Positions 26,201 to 41,658 of a stretch of DNA of 64,000 nucleotides are shown piece by piece. The stretch is from positions 233,864,001 to 233,928,000 of the forward strand of contig OZ024743.1 in the NCBI GenBank assembly GCA_964016885.1, read 5' to 3'. The position numbers were made by a program, and so were the translations under genes. Every line of letters starts with the position of its first letter. The stretch's first letter is position 1. This DNA comes from Eledone cirrhosa. Taxonomy: Eukaryota. The notes beneath the pieces are model-generated. The model did no database searches, was not told the origin of the DNA, and worked only from the letters and a program-made list of their open reading frames with translations.

Positions 26201-29200
26201 TACGGAGATATCTTGCTGAAATTCACGCCACACATAGCCAATGAGTGTCTGCACATGTATCAGTAATTACAGATCGATCCGACCACGGGCGGCCGGCCCG
26301 CGATTGAAAAGGTAACTCCGCCGGCAAATCGTCATTTTTGGATTCGTTTTCTTCGAAGCACACCATTCGCCGGCGGACTTTGTTGACGTTTAACACGGTT
26401 TGGTTCCACAGCCACAACTATTGATTTTACGGAGATATCTTGCTGAAATTCACGCCACACATAGCCAATGAGTGTCTGCACATGTACCAGTAATTACAGA
26501 TCGATCCGACCACGGGCGGCCGGCCCGCGATTGAAAAGGTAACTCCGCCGGCAAATCGTCATTTTTGGATTCGTTTTCTTCGAAGCACACCATTCGCCGG
26601 CTGACTTTGTTGATGTTTAACACGGTTTGGTTCCACAGCCACAACTATTGATTTTAAGGAGATATCTTGCTGAAATTCACGCCACACATAGCCAATGAGT
26701 GTCTGCACAGGTACCAGTAATTACAGATCGATCCGACCACGGGCGGCCGGCCCGCTATTGAAAAGGTAACTCCGCCGGCAAATCGTCATTTTTGGATTCG
26801 TTTTCTTCGAAGCACACCATTCGCCGGCGGACTTTGTTGACGTTTAACACGGTTTGGTTCCACAGCCACAACTATTGATTTTACGGAGATATCTTGCTGA
26901 AATTCACGCCACACATAGCCAATGAGTGTCTGCACATGTACCAGTAATTACAGATCGATCCGACCACGGGCGGCCGGCCCGCGATTGAAAAGGTAACTCC
27001 GCCGGCAAATCGTCATTTTTGGATTCGTTTTCTTCGAAGCACACCATTCGCCGGCGGACTTTGTTGACGTTTAACACGGTTTGGTTCCACAGCCACAACT
27101 ATTGATTTTACGGAGATATCTTGCTGAAATTCACGCCACACATAGCCAATGAGTGTCTGCACATGTACCAGTAATTACAGATCGATCCGACCACGGGCGG
27201 TCGGTTTGCGATTGAAAAGGTAACTCCGCCGGCAAATCGTCATTTTTGGATTCGTTTTCTTCGAAGCACACCATTCGCCGGCTGACTTTGTTGACGTTTA
27301 ACACGGTTTGGTTCCACAGCCACAACTATTGATTTTACGGAGATATCTTGCTGAAATTCACGCCACACATAGCCAATGAGTGTCTGCACATGTACCAGTA
27401 ATTACAGATCGATCCGACCACGGGCGGTCGGTTTGCGATTGAAAAGGTAACTCCGCCGGCAAATCGTCATTTTTGGATTCGTTTTCTTCGAAGCACACCA
27501 TTCGCCGGCGGACTTTGTTGACGTTTAACACGGTTTGGTTCCACAGCCACAACTATTGATTTTACGGAGATATCTTGCTGAAATTCACGCCACACATAGC
27601 CAATGAGTGTCTGCACATGTATCAGTAATTACAGATCGATCCGACCACGGGCGGCCGGCCCGCGATTGAAAAGGTAACTCCGCCGGCAAATCGTCATTTT
27701 TGGATTCGTTTTCTTCGAAGCACACCATTCGCCGGCGGACTTTGTTGACGTTTAACACGGTTTGGTTCCACAGCCACAACTATTGATTTTACGGAGATAT
27801 CTTGCTGAAATTCACGCCACACATAGCCAATGAGTCTCTGCACATGTACCATTAATTACAGATCGATCCGACCACGGGCGGTCGGTTTGCGATTGAAAAG
27901 GTAACTCCGCCGGCAAATCGTCATTTTTGGATTCGTTTTCTTCGAAGCACACCATTCGCCGGCGGACTTTGTTGACGTTTAACACGGTTTGGTTCCACAG
28001 CCACAACTATTGATTTTACGGAGATATCTTGCTGAAATTCACGCCACACATAGCCAATGAGTGTCTGCACATGTATCAGTAATTACAGATCGATCCGACC
28101 ACGGGCGGCCGGCCCGCGATTGAAAAGGTAACTCCGCCGGCAAATCGTCATTTTTGGATTCGTTTTCTTCGAAGCACACCATTCGCCGGCGGACTTTGTT
28201 GACGTTTAACACGGTTTGGTTCCACAGCCACAACTATTGATTTTACGGAGATATCTTGCTGAAATTCACGCCACACATAGCCAATGAGTGTCTGCACATG
28301 TACCAGTAATTACAGATCGATCCGACCACGGGCGGCCGGCCCGCGATTGAAAAGGTAACTCCGCCGGCAAATCGTCATTTTTGGATTCGTTTTCTTCGAA
28401 GCACACCATTCGCCGGCTGACTTTGTTGATGTTTAACACGGTTTGGTTCCACAGCCACAACTATTGATTTTAAGGAGATATCTTGCTGAAATTCACGCCA
28501 CACATAGCCAATGAGTGTCTGCACAGGTACCAGTAATTACAGATCGATCCGACCACGGGCGGCCGGCCCGCTATTGAAAAGGTAACTCCGCCGGCAAATC
28601 GTCATTTTTGGATTCGTTTTCTTCGAAGCACACCATTCGCCGGCGGACTTTGTTGACGTTTAACAGGGTTTGGTTCCACAGCCACAACTATTGATTTTAC
28701 GGAGATATCTTGCTGAAATTCACGCCACACATAGCCAATGAGTGTCTGCACATGTACCAGTAATTACAGATCGATCCGACCACGGGCGGCCGGCCCGCGA
28801 TTGAAAAGGTAACTCCGCCGGCAAATCGTCATTTTTGGATTCGTTTTCTTCGAAGCACACCATTCGCCGGCGGACTTTGTTGACGTTTAACACGGTTTGG
28901 TTCCACAGCCACAACTATTGATTTTACGGAGATATCTTGCTGAAATTCACGCCACACATAGCCAATGAGTGTCTGCACATGTACCAGTAATTACAGATCG
29001 ATCCGACCACGGGCGGTCGGTTTGCGATTGAAAAGGTAACTCCGCCGGCAAATCGTCATTTTTGGATTCGTTTTCTTCGAAGCACACCATTCGCCGGCTG
29101 ACTTTGTTGACGTTTAACACGGTTTGGTTCCACAGCCACAACTATTGATTTTACGGAGATATCTTGCTGAAATTCACGCCACACATAGCCAATGAGTGTC

Positions 29201-32200
29201 TGCACATGTATCAGTAATTACAGATCGATCCGACCACGGGCGGCCGGCCCGCGATTGAAAAGGTAACTCCGCCGGCAAATCGTCATTTTTGGATTCGTTT
29301 TCTTCGAAGCACACCATTCGCCGGCGGACTTTGTTGACGTTTAACACGGTTTGGTTCCACAGCCACAACTATTGATTTTACGGAGATATCTTGCTGAAAT
29401 TCACGCCACACATAGCCAATGAGTGTCTGCACATGTACCAGTAATTACAGATCGATCCGACCACGGGCGGCCGGCCCGCGATTGAAAAGGTAACTCCGCC
29501 GGCAAATCGTCATTTTTGGATTCGTTTTCTTCGAAGCACACCATTCGCCGGCTGACTTTGTTGATGTTTAACACGGTTTGGTTCCACAGCCACAACTATT
29601 GATTTTAAGGAGATATCTTGCTGAAATTCACGCCACACATAGCCAATGAGTGTCTGCACAGGTACCAGTAATTACAGATCGATCCGACCACGGGCGGCCG
29701 GCCCGCTATTGAAAAGGTAACTCCGCCGGCAAATCGTCATTTTTGGATTCGTTTTCTTCGAAGCACACCATTCGCCGGCGGACTTTGTTGACGTTTAACA
29801 CGGTTTGGTTCCACAGCCACAACTATTGATTTTACGGAGATATCTTGCTGAAATTCACGCCACACATAGCCAATGAGTGTCTGCACATGTACCAGTAATT
29901 ACAGATCGATCCGACCACGGGCGGCCGGCCCGCGATTGAAAAGGTAACTCCGCCGGCAAATCGTCATTTTTGGATTCGTTTTCTTCGAAGCACACCATTC
30001 GCCGGCGGACTTTGTTGACGTTTAACACGGTTTGGTTCCACAGCCACAACTATTGATTTTACGGAGATATCTTGCTGAAATTCACGCCACACATAGCCAA
30101 TGAGTGTCTGCACATGTACCAGTAATTACAGATCGATCCGACCACGGGCGGTCGGTTTGCGATTGAAAAGGTAACTCCGCCGGCAAATCGTCATTTTTGG
30201 ATTCGTTTTCTTCGAAGCACACCATTCGCCGGCGGACTTTGTTGACGTTTAACACGGTTTGGTTCCACAGCCACAACTATTGATTTTACGGAGATATCTT
30301 GCTGAAATTCACGCCACACATAGCCAATGAGTGTCTGCACATGTATCAGTAATTACAGATCGATCCGACCACGGGCGGCCGGCCCGCGATTGAAAAGGTA
30401 ACTCCGCCGGCAAATCGTCATTTTTGGATTCGTTTTCTTCGAAGCACACCATTCGCCGGCGGACTTTGTTGACGTTTAACACGGTTTGGTTCCACAGCCA
30501 CAACTATTGATTTTACGGAGATATCTTGCTGAAATTCACGCCACACATAGCCAATGAGTGTCTGCACATGTACCAGTAATTACAGATCGATCCGACCACG
30601 GGCGGCCGGCCCGCGATTGAAAAGGTAACTCCGCCGGCAAATCGTCATTTTTGGATTCGTTTTCTTCGAAGCACACCATTCGCCGGCGGACTTTGTTGAC
30701 GTTTAACACGGTTTGGTTCCACAGCCACAACTATTGATTTTACGGAGATATCTTGCTGAAATTCACGCCACACATAGCCAATGAGTCTCTGCACATGTAC
30801 CATTAATTACAGATCGATCCGACCACGGGCGGTCGGTTTGCGATTGAAAAGGTAACTCCGCCGGCAAATCGTCATTTTTGGATTCGTTTTCTTCGAAGCA
30901 CACCATTCGCCGGCGGACTTTGTTGACGTTTAACACGGTTTGGTTCCACAGCCACAACTATTGATTTTACGGAGATATCTTGCTGAAATTCACGCCACAC
31001 ATAGCCAATGAGTGTCTGCACATGTACCAGTAATTACAGATCGATCCGACCACGGGCGGCCGGCCCGCGATTGAAAAGGTAACTCCGCCGGCAAATCGTC
31101 ATTTTTGGATTCGTTTTCTTCGAAGCACACCATTCGCCGGCGGACTTTGTTGACGTTTAACACGGTTTGGTTCCACAGCCACAACTATTGATTTTACGGA
31201 GATATCTTGCTGAAATTCACGCCACACATAGCCAATGAGTGTCTGCACATGTACCAGTAATTACAGATCGATCCGACCACGGGCGGTCGGTTTGCGATTG
31301 AAAAGGTAACTCCGCCGGCAAATCGTCATTTTTGGATTCGTTTTCTTCGAAGCACACCATTCGCCGGCGGACTTTGTTGACGTTTAACACGGTTTGGTTC
31401 CACAGCCACAACTATTGATTTTACGGAGATATCTTGCTGAAATTCACGCCACACATAGCCAATGAGTGTCTGCACATGTATCAGTAATTACAGATCGATC
31501 CGACCACGGGCGGCCGGCCCGCGATTGAAAAGGTAACTCCGCCGGCAAATCGTCATTTTTGGATTCGTTTTCTTCGAAGCACACCATTCGCCGGCGGACT
31601 TTGTTGACGTTTAACACGGTTTGGTTCCACAGCCACAACTATTGATTTTACGGAGATATCTTGCTGAAATTCACGCCACACATAGCCAATGAGTGTCTGC
31701 ACATGTACCAGTAATTACAGATCGATCCGACCACGGGCGGCCGGCCCGCGATTGAAAAGGTAACTCCGCCGGCAAATCGTCATTTTTGGATTCGTTTTCT
31801 TCGAAGCACACCATTCGCCGGCGGACTTTGTTGACGTTTAACACGGTTTGGTTCCACAGCCACAACTATTGATTTTACGGAGATATCTTGCTGAAATTCA
31901 CGCCACACATAGCCAATGAGTCTCTGCACATGTACCATTAATTACAGATCGATCCGACCACGGGCGGTCGGTTTGCGATTGAAAAGGTAACTCCGCCGGC
32001 AAATCGTCATTTTTGGATTCGTTTTCTTCGAAGCACACCATTCGCCGGCGGACTTTGTTGACGTTTAACACGGTTTGGTTCCACAGCCACAACTATTGAT
32101 TTTACGGAGATATCTTGCTGAAATTCACGCCACACATAGCCAATGAGTGTCTGCACATGTATCAGTAATTACAGATCGATCCGACCACGGGCGGCCGGCC

Positions 32201-35200
32201 CGCGATTGAAAAGGTAACTCCGCCGGCAAATCGTCATTTTTGGATTCGTTTTCTTCGAAGCACACCATTCGCCGGCGGACTTTGTTGACGTTTAACACGG
32301 TTTGGTTCCACAGCCACAACTATTGATTTTACGGAGATATCTTGCTGAAATTCACGCCACACATAGCCAATGAGTGTCTGCACATGTACCAGTAATTACA
32401 GATCGATCCGACCACGGGCGGCCGGCCCGCGATTGAAAAGGTAACTCCGCCGGCAAATCGTCATTTTTGGATTCGTTTTCTTCGAAGCACACCATTCGCC
32501 GGCTGACTTTGTTGATGTTTAACACGGTTTGGTTCCACAGCCACAACTATTGATTTTAAGGAGATATCTTGCTGAAATTCACGCCACACATAGCCAATGA
32601 GTGTCTGCACAGGTACCAGTAATTACAGATCGATCCGACCACGGGCGGCCGGCCCGCTATTGAAAAGGTAACTCCGCCGGCAAATCGTCATTTTTGGATT
32701 CGTTTTCTTCGAAGCACACCATTCGCCGGCGGACTTTGTTGACGTTTAACACGGTTTGGTTCCACAGCCACAACTATTGATTTTACGGAGATATCTTGCT
32801 GAAATTCACGCCACACATAGCCAATGAGTGTCTGCACATGTACCAGTAATTACAGATCGATCCGACCACGGGCGGCCGGCCCGCGATTGAAAAGGTAACT
32901 CCGCCGGCAAATCGTCATTTTTGGATTCGTTTTCTTCGAAGCACACCATTCGCCGGCGGACTTTGTTGACGTTTAACACGGTTTGGTTCCACAGCCACAA
33001 CTATTGATTTTACGGAGATATCTTGCTGAAATTCACGCCACACATAGCCAATGAGTGTCTGCACATGTACCAGTAATTACAGATCGATCCGACCACGGGC
33101 GGTCGGTTTGCGATTGAAAAGGTAACTCCGCCGGCAAATCGTCATTTTTGGATTCGTTTTCTTCGAAGCACACCATTCGCCGGCTGACTTTGTTGACGTT
33201 TAACACGGTTTGGTTCCACAGCCACAACTATTGATTTTACGGAGATATCTTGCTGAAATTCACGCCACACATAGCCAATGAGTGTCTGCACATGTACCAG
33301 TAATTACAGATCGATCCGACCACGGGCGGTCGGTTTGCGATTGAAAAGGTAACTCCGCCGGCAAATCGTCATTTTTGGATTCGTTTTCTTCGAAGCACAC
33401 CATTCGCCGGCGGACTTTGTTGACGTTTAACACGGTTTGGTTCCACAGCCACAACTATTGATTTTACGGAGATATCTTGCTGAAATTCACGCCACACATA
33501 GCCAATGAGTGTCTGCACATGTATCAGTAATTACAGATCGATCCGACCACGGGCGGCCGGCCCGCGATTGAAAAGGTAACTCCGCCGGCAAATCGTCATT
33601 TTTGGATTCGTTTTCTTCGAAGCACACCATTCGCCGGCGGACTTTGTTGACGTTTAACACGGTTTGGTTCCACAGCCACAACTATTGATTTTACGGAGAT
33701 ATCTTGCTGAAATTCACGCCACACATAGCCAATGAGTCTCTGCACATGTACCATTAATTACAGATCGATCCGACCACGGGCGGTCGGTTTGCGATTGAAA
33801 AGGTAACTCCGCCGGCAAATCGTCATTTTTGGATTCGTTTTCTTCGAAGCACACCATTCGCCGGCGGACTTTGTTGACGTTTAACACGGTTTGGTTCCAC
33901 AGCCACAACTATTGATTTTACGGAGATATCTTGCTGAAATTCACGCCACACATAGCCAATGAGTGTCTGCACATGTATCAGTAATTACAGATCGATCCGA
34001 CCACGGGCGGCCGGCCCGCGATTGAAAAGGTAACTCCGCCGGCAAATCGTCATTTTTGGATTCGTTTTCTTCGAAGCACACCATTCGCCGGCGGACTTTG
34101 TTGACGTTTAACACGGTTTGGTTCCACAGCCACAACTATTGATTTTACGGAGATATCTTGCTGAAATTCACGCCACACATAGCCAATGAGTGTCTGCACA
34201 TGTACCAGTAATTACAGATCGATCCGACCACGGGCGGCCGGCCCGCGATTGAAAAGGTAACTCCGCCGGCAAATCGTCATTTTTGGATTCGTTTTCTTCG
34301 AAGCACACCATTCGCCGGCTGACTTTGTTGATGTTTAACACGGTTTGGTTCCACAGCCACAACTATTGATTTTAAGGAGATATCTTGCTGAAATTCACGC
34401 CACACATAGCCAATGAGTGTCTGCACAGGTACCAGTAATTACAGATCGATCCGACCACGGGCGGCCGGCCCGCTATTGAAAAGGTAACTCCGCCGGCAAA
34501 TCGTCATTTTTGGATTCGTTTTCTTCGAAGCACACCATTCGCCGGCGGACTTTGTTGACGTTTAACAGGGTTTGGTTCCACAGCCACAACTATTGATTTT
34601 ACGGAGATATCTTGCTGAAATTCACGCCACACATAGCCAATGAGTGTCTGCACATGTACCAGTAATTACAGATCGATCCGACCACGGGCGGCCGGCCCGC
34701 GATTGAAAAGGTAACTCCGCCGGCAAATCGTCATTTTTGGATTCGTTTTCTTCGAAGCACACCATTCGCCGGCGGACTTTGTTGACGTTTAACACGGTTT
34801 GGTTCCACAGCCACAACTATTGATTTTACGGAGATATCTTGCTGAAATTCACGCCACACATAGCCAATGAGTGTCTGCACATGTACCAGTAATTACAGAT
34901 CGATCCGACCACGGGCGGTCGGTTTGCGATTGAAAAGGTAACTCCGCCGGCAAATCGTCATTTTTGGATTCGTTTTCTTCGAAGCACACCATTCGCCGGC
35001 TGACTTTGTTGACGTTTAACACGGTTTGGTTCCACAGCCACAACTATTGATTTTACGGAGATATCTTGCTGAAATTCACGCCACACATAGCCAATGAGTG
35101 TCTGCACATGTATCAGTAATTACAGATCGATCCGACCACGGGCGGCCGGCCCGCGATTGAAAAGGTAACTCCGCCGGCAAATCGTCATTTTTGGATTCGT

Positions 35201-35529
35201 TTTCTTCGAAGCACACCATTCGCCGGCGGACTTTGTTGACGTTTAACACGGTTTGGTTCCACAGCCACAACTATTGATTTTACGGAGATATCTTGCTGAA
35301 ATTCACGCCACACATAGCCAATGAGTGTCTGCACATGTACCAGTAATTACAGATCGATCCGACCACGGGCGGCCGGCCCGCGATTGAAAAGGTAACTCCG
35401 CCGGCAAATCGTCATTTTTGGATTCGTTTTCTTCGAAGCACACCATTCGCCGGCTGACTTTGTTGATGTTTAACACGGTTTGGTTCCACAGCCACAACTA
35501 TTGATTTTAAGGAGATATCTTGCTGAAAT
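23272..35529. repeat. Tandem duplication of a 26-monomer block (period 5902 bp)
   Basis: The variant order in 23272-29173 is repeated in 29174-35075 and continues for two more monomers. The rare 64G markers at 28666 and 34568 are 5902 bp apart. Confidence 0.92.
23953..26222. repeat. Tandem duplication of a 5-monomer block (2 x 1135 bp), also present at 29855-32124
   Basis: The order consensus, TTT-allele, 155T, consensus, 142C/158T occurs twice in a row, inside both copies of the 26-mer. Confidence 0.85.
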
Positions 35530-38500
35530 TCACGCCACACATAGCCAATGAGTGTCTGCACATGTACCAGTAATTACAGATCGATCCGACCACGGGCGGT
35601 CGGTTTGCGATTGAAAAGGTAACTCCGCCGGCAAATCGTCATTTTTGGATTCGTTTTCTTCGAAGCACACCATTCGCCGGCTGACTTTGTTGACGTTTAA
35701 CACGGTTTGGTTCCACAGCCACAACTATTGATTTTACGGAGATATCTTGCTGAAATTCACGCCACACATAGCCAATGAGTGTCTGCACATGTACCAGTAA
35801 TTACAGATCGATCCGACCACGGGCGGTCGGTTTGCGATTGAAAAGGTAACTCCGCCGGCAAATCGTCATTTTTGGATTCGTTTTCTTCGAAGCACACCAT
35901 TCGCCGGCGGACTTTGTTGACGTTTAACACGGTTTGGTTCCACAGCCACAACTATTGATTTTACGGAGATATCTTGCTGAAATTCACGCCACACATAGCC
36001 AATGAGTGTCTGCACATGTACAAGTAATTACAGATCGATCCGACCACGGGCGGCCGGCCCGCGATTGAAAAGGTAACTCCGCCGGCAAATCGTCATTTTT
36101 GGATTCGTTTTCTTCGAAGCACACCATTCGCCGGCGGACTTTGTTGACGTTTAACACGGTTTGGTTCCACAGCCACAACTATTGATTTTACGGAGATATC
36201 TTGCTGAAATTCACGCCACACATAGCCAATGAGTCTCTGCACATGTACCATTAATTACAGATCGATCCGACCACGGGCGGTCGGTTTGCGATTGAAAAGG
36301 TAACTCCGCCGGCAAATCGTCATTTTTGGATTCGTTTTCTTCGAAGCACACCATTCGCCGGCTGACTTTGTTGACGTTTAACACGGTTTGGTTCCACAGC
36401 CACAACTATTGATTTTAAGGAGATATCTTGCTGAAATTCACGCCACACATAGCCAATGAGTGTCTGCACAGGTACCAGTAATTACAGATCGATCCGACCA
36501 CGGGCGGCCGGCCCGCGATTGAAAAGGTAACTCCGCCGGCAAATCGTCATTTTTGGATTCGTTTTCTTCGAAGCACACCATTCGCCGGCGGACTTTGTTG
36601 ACGTTTAACACGGTTTGGTTCCACAGCCACAACTATTGATTTTACGGAGATATCTTGCTGAAATTCACGCCACACATAGCCAATGAGTGTCTGCACATGT
36701 ACCAGTAATTACAGATCGATCCGACCACGGGCGGTCGGTTTGCGATTGAAAAGGTAACTCCGCCGGCAAATCGTCATTTTTGGATTCGTTTTCTTCGAAG
36801 CACACCATTCGCCGGCTGACTTTGTTGACGTTTAACACGGTTTGGTTCCACAGCCACAACTATTGATTTTACGGAGATATCTTGCTGAAATTCACGCCAC
36901 ACATAGCCAATGAGTGTCTGCACATGTACCAGTAATTACAGATCGATCCGACCACGGGCGGTCGGTTTGCGATTGAAAAGGTAACTCCGCCGGCAAATCG
37001 TCATTTTTGGATTCGTTTTCTTCGAAGCACACCATTCGCCAGCTGACTTTGTTGACGTTTAACACGGTTTGGTTCCACAGCCACAACTATTGATTTTAAG
37101 GAGATATCTTGCTGAAATTCACGCCACACATAGCCAATGAGTGTCTGCACATGTACCAGTAATTACAGATCGATCCGACCACGGGCGGCCGGCCCGCGAT
37201 TGAAAAGGTAACTCCGCCGGCAAATCGTCATTTTTGGATTCGTTTTCTTCGAAGCACACCATTCGCCGGCGGACTTTGTTGACGTTTAACACGGTTTGGT
37301 TCCACAGCCACAACTATTGATTTTACGGAGATATCTTGCTGAAATTCACGCCACACATAGCCAATGAGTCTCTGCACATGTACCATTAATTACAGATCGA
37401 TCCGACCACGGGCGGTCGGTTTGCGATTGAAAAGGTAACTCCGCCGGCAAATCGTCATTTTTGGATTCGTTTTCTTCGAAGCACACCATTCGCCGGCTGA
37501 CTTTGTTGATGTTTAACACGGTTTGGTTCCACAGCCACAACTATTGATTTTAAGGAGATATCTTGCTGAAATTCACGCCACACATAGCCAATGAGTGTCT
37601 GCACATGTATCAGTAATTACAGATCGATCCGACCACGGGCGGCCGGCCCGCGATTGAAAAGGTAACTCCGCCGGCAAATCGTCATTTTTGGATTCGTTTT
37701 CTTCGAAGCACACCATTCGCCGGCGGACTTTGTTGACGTTTAACACGGTTTGGTTCCACAGCCACAACTATTGATTTTACGGAGATATCTTGCTGAAATT
37801 CACGCCACACATAGCCAATGAGTCTCTGCACATGTACCATTAATTACAGATCGATCCGACCACGGGCGGTCGGTTTGCGATTGAAAAGGTAACTCCGCCG
37901 GCAAATCGTCATTTTTGGATTCGTTTTCTTCGAAGCACACCATTCGCCGGCGGACTTTGTTGACGTTTAACACGGTTTGGTTCCACAGCCACAACTATTG
38001 ATTTTACGGAGATATCTTGCTGAAATTCACGCCACACATAGCCAATGAGTGTCTGCACATGTATCAGTAATTACAGATCGATCCGACCACGGGCGGCCGG
38101 CCCGCGATTGAAAAGGTAACTCCGCCGGCAAATCGTCATTTTTGGATTCGTTTTCTTCGAAGCACACCATTCGCCGGCGGACTTTGTTGACGTTTAACAC
38201 GGTTTGGTTCCACAGCCACAACTATTGATTTTACGGAGATATCTTGCTGAAATTCACGCCACACATAGCCAATGAGTGTCTGCACATGTACCAGTAATTA
38301 CAGATCGATCCGACCACGGGCGGCCGGCCCGCGATTGAAAAGGTAACTCCGCCGGCAAATCGTCATTTTTGGATTCGTTTTCTTCGAAGCACACCATTCG
38401 CCGGCTGACTTTGTTGATGTTTAACACGGTTTGGTTTCACAGCCACAACTATTGATTTTAAGGAGATATCTTGCTGAAATTCACGCCACACATAGCCAAT

Positions 38501-41500
38501 GAGTGTCTGCACAGGTACCAGTAATTACAGATCGATCCGACCACGGGCGGCCGGCCCGCTATTGAAAAGGTAACTCCGCCGGCAAATCGTCATTTTTGGA
38601 TTCGTTTTCTTCGAAGCACACCATTCGCCGGCGGACTTTGTTGACGTTTAACAGGGTTTGGTTCCACAGCCACAACTATTGATTTTACGGAGATATCTTG
38701 CTGAAATTCACGCCACACATAGCCAATGAGTGTCTGCACATGTACCAGTAATTACAGATCGATCCGACCACGGGCGGCCGGCCCGCGATTGAAAAGGTAA
38801 CTCCGCCGGCAAATCGTCATTTTTGGATTCGTTTTCTTCGAAGCACACCATTCGCCGGCGGACTTTGTTGACGTTTAACACGGTTTGGTTCCACAGCCAC
38901 AACTATTGATTTTACGGAGATATCTTGCTGAAATTCACGCCACACATAGCCAATGAGTGTCTGCACATGTACCAGTAATTACAGATCGATCCGACCACGG
39001 GCGGTCGGTTTGCGATTGAAAAGGTAACTCCGCCGGCAAATCGTCATTTTTGGATTCGTTTTCTTCGAAGCACACCATTCGCCGGCTGACTTTGTTGACG
39101 TTTAACACGGTTTGGTTCCACAGCCACAACTATTGATTTTACGGAGATATCTTGCTGAAATTCACGCCACACATAGCCAATGAGTGTCTGCACATGTATC
39201 AGTAATTACAGATCGATCCGACCACGGGCGGCCGGCCCGCGATTGAAAAGGTAACTCCGCCGGCAAATCGTCATTTTTGGATTCGTTTTCTTCGAAGCAC
39301 ACCATTCGCCGGCGGACTTTGTTGACGTTTAACACGGTTTGGTTCCACAGCCACAACTATTGATTTTACGGAGATATCTTGCTGAAATTCACGCCACACA
39401 TAGCCAATGAGTGTCTGCACATGTACCAGTAATTACAGATCGATCCGACCACGGGCGGCCGGCCCGCGATTGAAAAGGTAACTCCGCCGGCAAATCGTCA
39501 TTTTTGGATTCGTTTTCTTCGAAGCACACCATTCGCCGGCTGACTTTGTTGATGTTTAACACGGTTTGGTTCCACAGCCACAACTATTGATTTTAAGGAG
39601 ATATCTTGCTGAAATTCACGCCACACATAGCCAATGAGTGTCTGCACATGTACCAGTAATTACAGATCGATCCGACCACGGGCGGTCGGTTTGCGATTGA
39701 AAAGGTAACTCCGCCGGCAAATCGTCATTTTTGGATTCGTTTTCTTCGAAGCACACCATTCGCCGGCTGACTTTGTTGACGTTTAACACGGTTTGGTTCC
39801 ACAGCCACAACTATTGATTTTACGGAGATATCTTGCTGAAATTCACGCCACACATAGCCAATGAGTGTCTGCACATGTACCAGTAATTACAGATCGATCC
39901 GACCACGGGCGGTCGGTTTGCGATTGAAAAGGTAACTCCGCCGGCAAATCGTCATTTTTGGATTCGTTTTCTTCGAAGCACACCATTCGCCGGCGGACTT
40001 TGTTGACGTTTAACACGGTTTGGTTCCACAGCCACAACTATTGATTTTACGGAGATATCTTGCTGAAATTCACGCCACACATAGCCAATGAGTGTCTGCA
40101 CATGTACAAGTAATTACAGATCGATCCGACCACGGGCGGCCGGCCCGCGATTGAAAAGGTAACTCCGCCGGCAAATCGTCATTTTTGGATTCGTTTTCTT
40201 CGAAGCACACCATTCGCCGGCGGACTTTGTTGACGTTTAACACGGTTTGGTTCCACAGCCACAACTATTGATTTTACGGAGATATCTTGCTGAAATTCAC
40301 GCCACACATAGCCAATGAGTCTCTGCACATGTACCATTAATTACAGATCGATCCGACCACGGGCGGTCGGTTTGCGATTGAAAAGGTAACTCCGCCGGCA
40401 AATCGTCATTTTTGGATTCGTTTTCTTCGAAGCACACCATTCGCCGGCTGACTTTGTTGACGTTTAACACGGTTTGGTTCCACAGCCACAACTATTGATT
40501 TTAAGGAGATATCTTGCTGAAATTCACGCCACACATAGCCAATGAGTGTCTGCACAGGTACCAGTAATTACAGATCGATCCGACCACGGGCGGCCGGCCC
40601 GCGATTGAAAAGGTAACTCCGCCGGCAAATCGTCATTTTTGGATTCGTTTTCTTCGAAGCACACCATTCGCCGGCGGACTTTGTTGACGTTTAACACGGT
40701 TTGGTTCCACAGCCACAACTATTGATTTTACGGAGATATCTTGCTGAAATTCACGCCACACATAGCCAATGAGTGTCTGCACATGTACCAGTAATTACAG
40801 ATCGATCCGACCACGGGCGGTCGGTTTGCGATTGAAAAGGTAACTCCGCCGGCAAATCGTCATTTTTGGATTCGTTTTCTTCGAAGCACACCATTCGCCG
40901 GCTGACTTTGTTGACGTTTAACACGGTTTGGTTCCACAGCCACAACTATTGATTTTACGGAGATATCTTGCTGAAATTCACGCCACACATAGCCAATGAG
41001 TGTCTGCACATGTACCAGTAATTACAGATCGATCCGACCACGGGCGGTCGGTTTGCGATTGAAAAGGTAACTCCGCCGGCAAATCGTCATTTTTGGATTC
41101 GTTTTCTTCGAAGCACACCATTCGCCAGCTGACTTTGTTGACGTTTAACACGGTTTGGTTCCACAGCCACAACTATTGATTTTAAGGAGATATCTTGCTG
41201 AAATTCACGCCACACATAGCCAATGAGTGTCTGCACATGTACCAGTAATTACAGATCGATCCGACCACGGGCGGCCGGCCCGCGATTGAAAAGGTAACTC
41301 CGCCGGCAAATCGTCATTTTTGGATTCGTTTTCTTCGAAGCACACCATTCGCCGGCGGACTTTGTTGACGTTTAACACGGTTTGGTTCCACAGCCACAAC
41401 TATTGATTTTACGGAGATATCTTGCTGAAATTCACGCCACACATAGCCAATGAGTCTCTGCACATGTACCATTAATTACAGATCGATCCGACCACGGGCG

Positions 41501-41658
41501 GTCGGTTTGCGATTGAAAAGGTAACTCCGCCGGCAAATCGTCATTTTTGGATTCGTTTTCTTCGAAGCACACCATTCGCCGGCTGACTTTGTTGACGTTT
41601 AACACGGTTTGGTTCCACAGCCACAACTATTGATTTTAAGGAGATATCTTGCTGAAAT
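33487..41658. repeat. Tandem duplication of an 18-monomer block (2 x 4086 bp)
   Basis: The variant order in 33487-37572 matches 37573-41658. The 64G markers at 34568 and 38654 are 4086 bp apart. I saw differences at 37510 and 38437. Confidence 0.9.
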
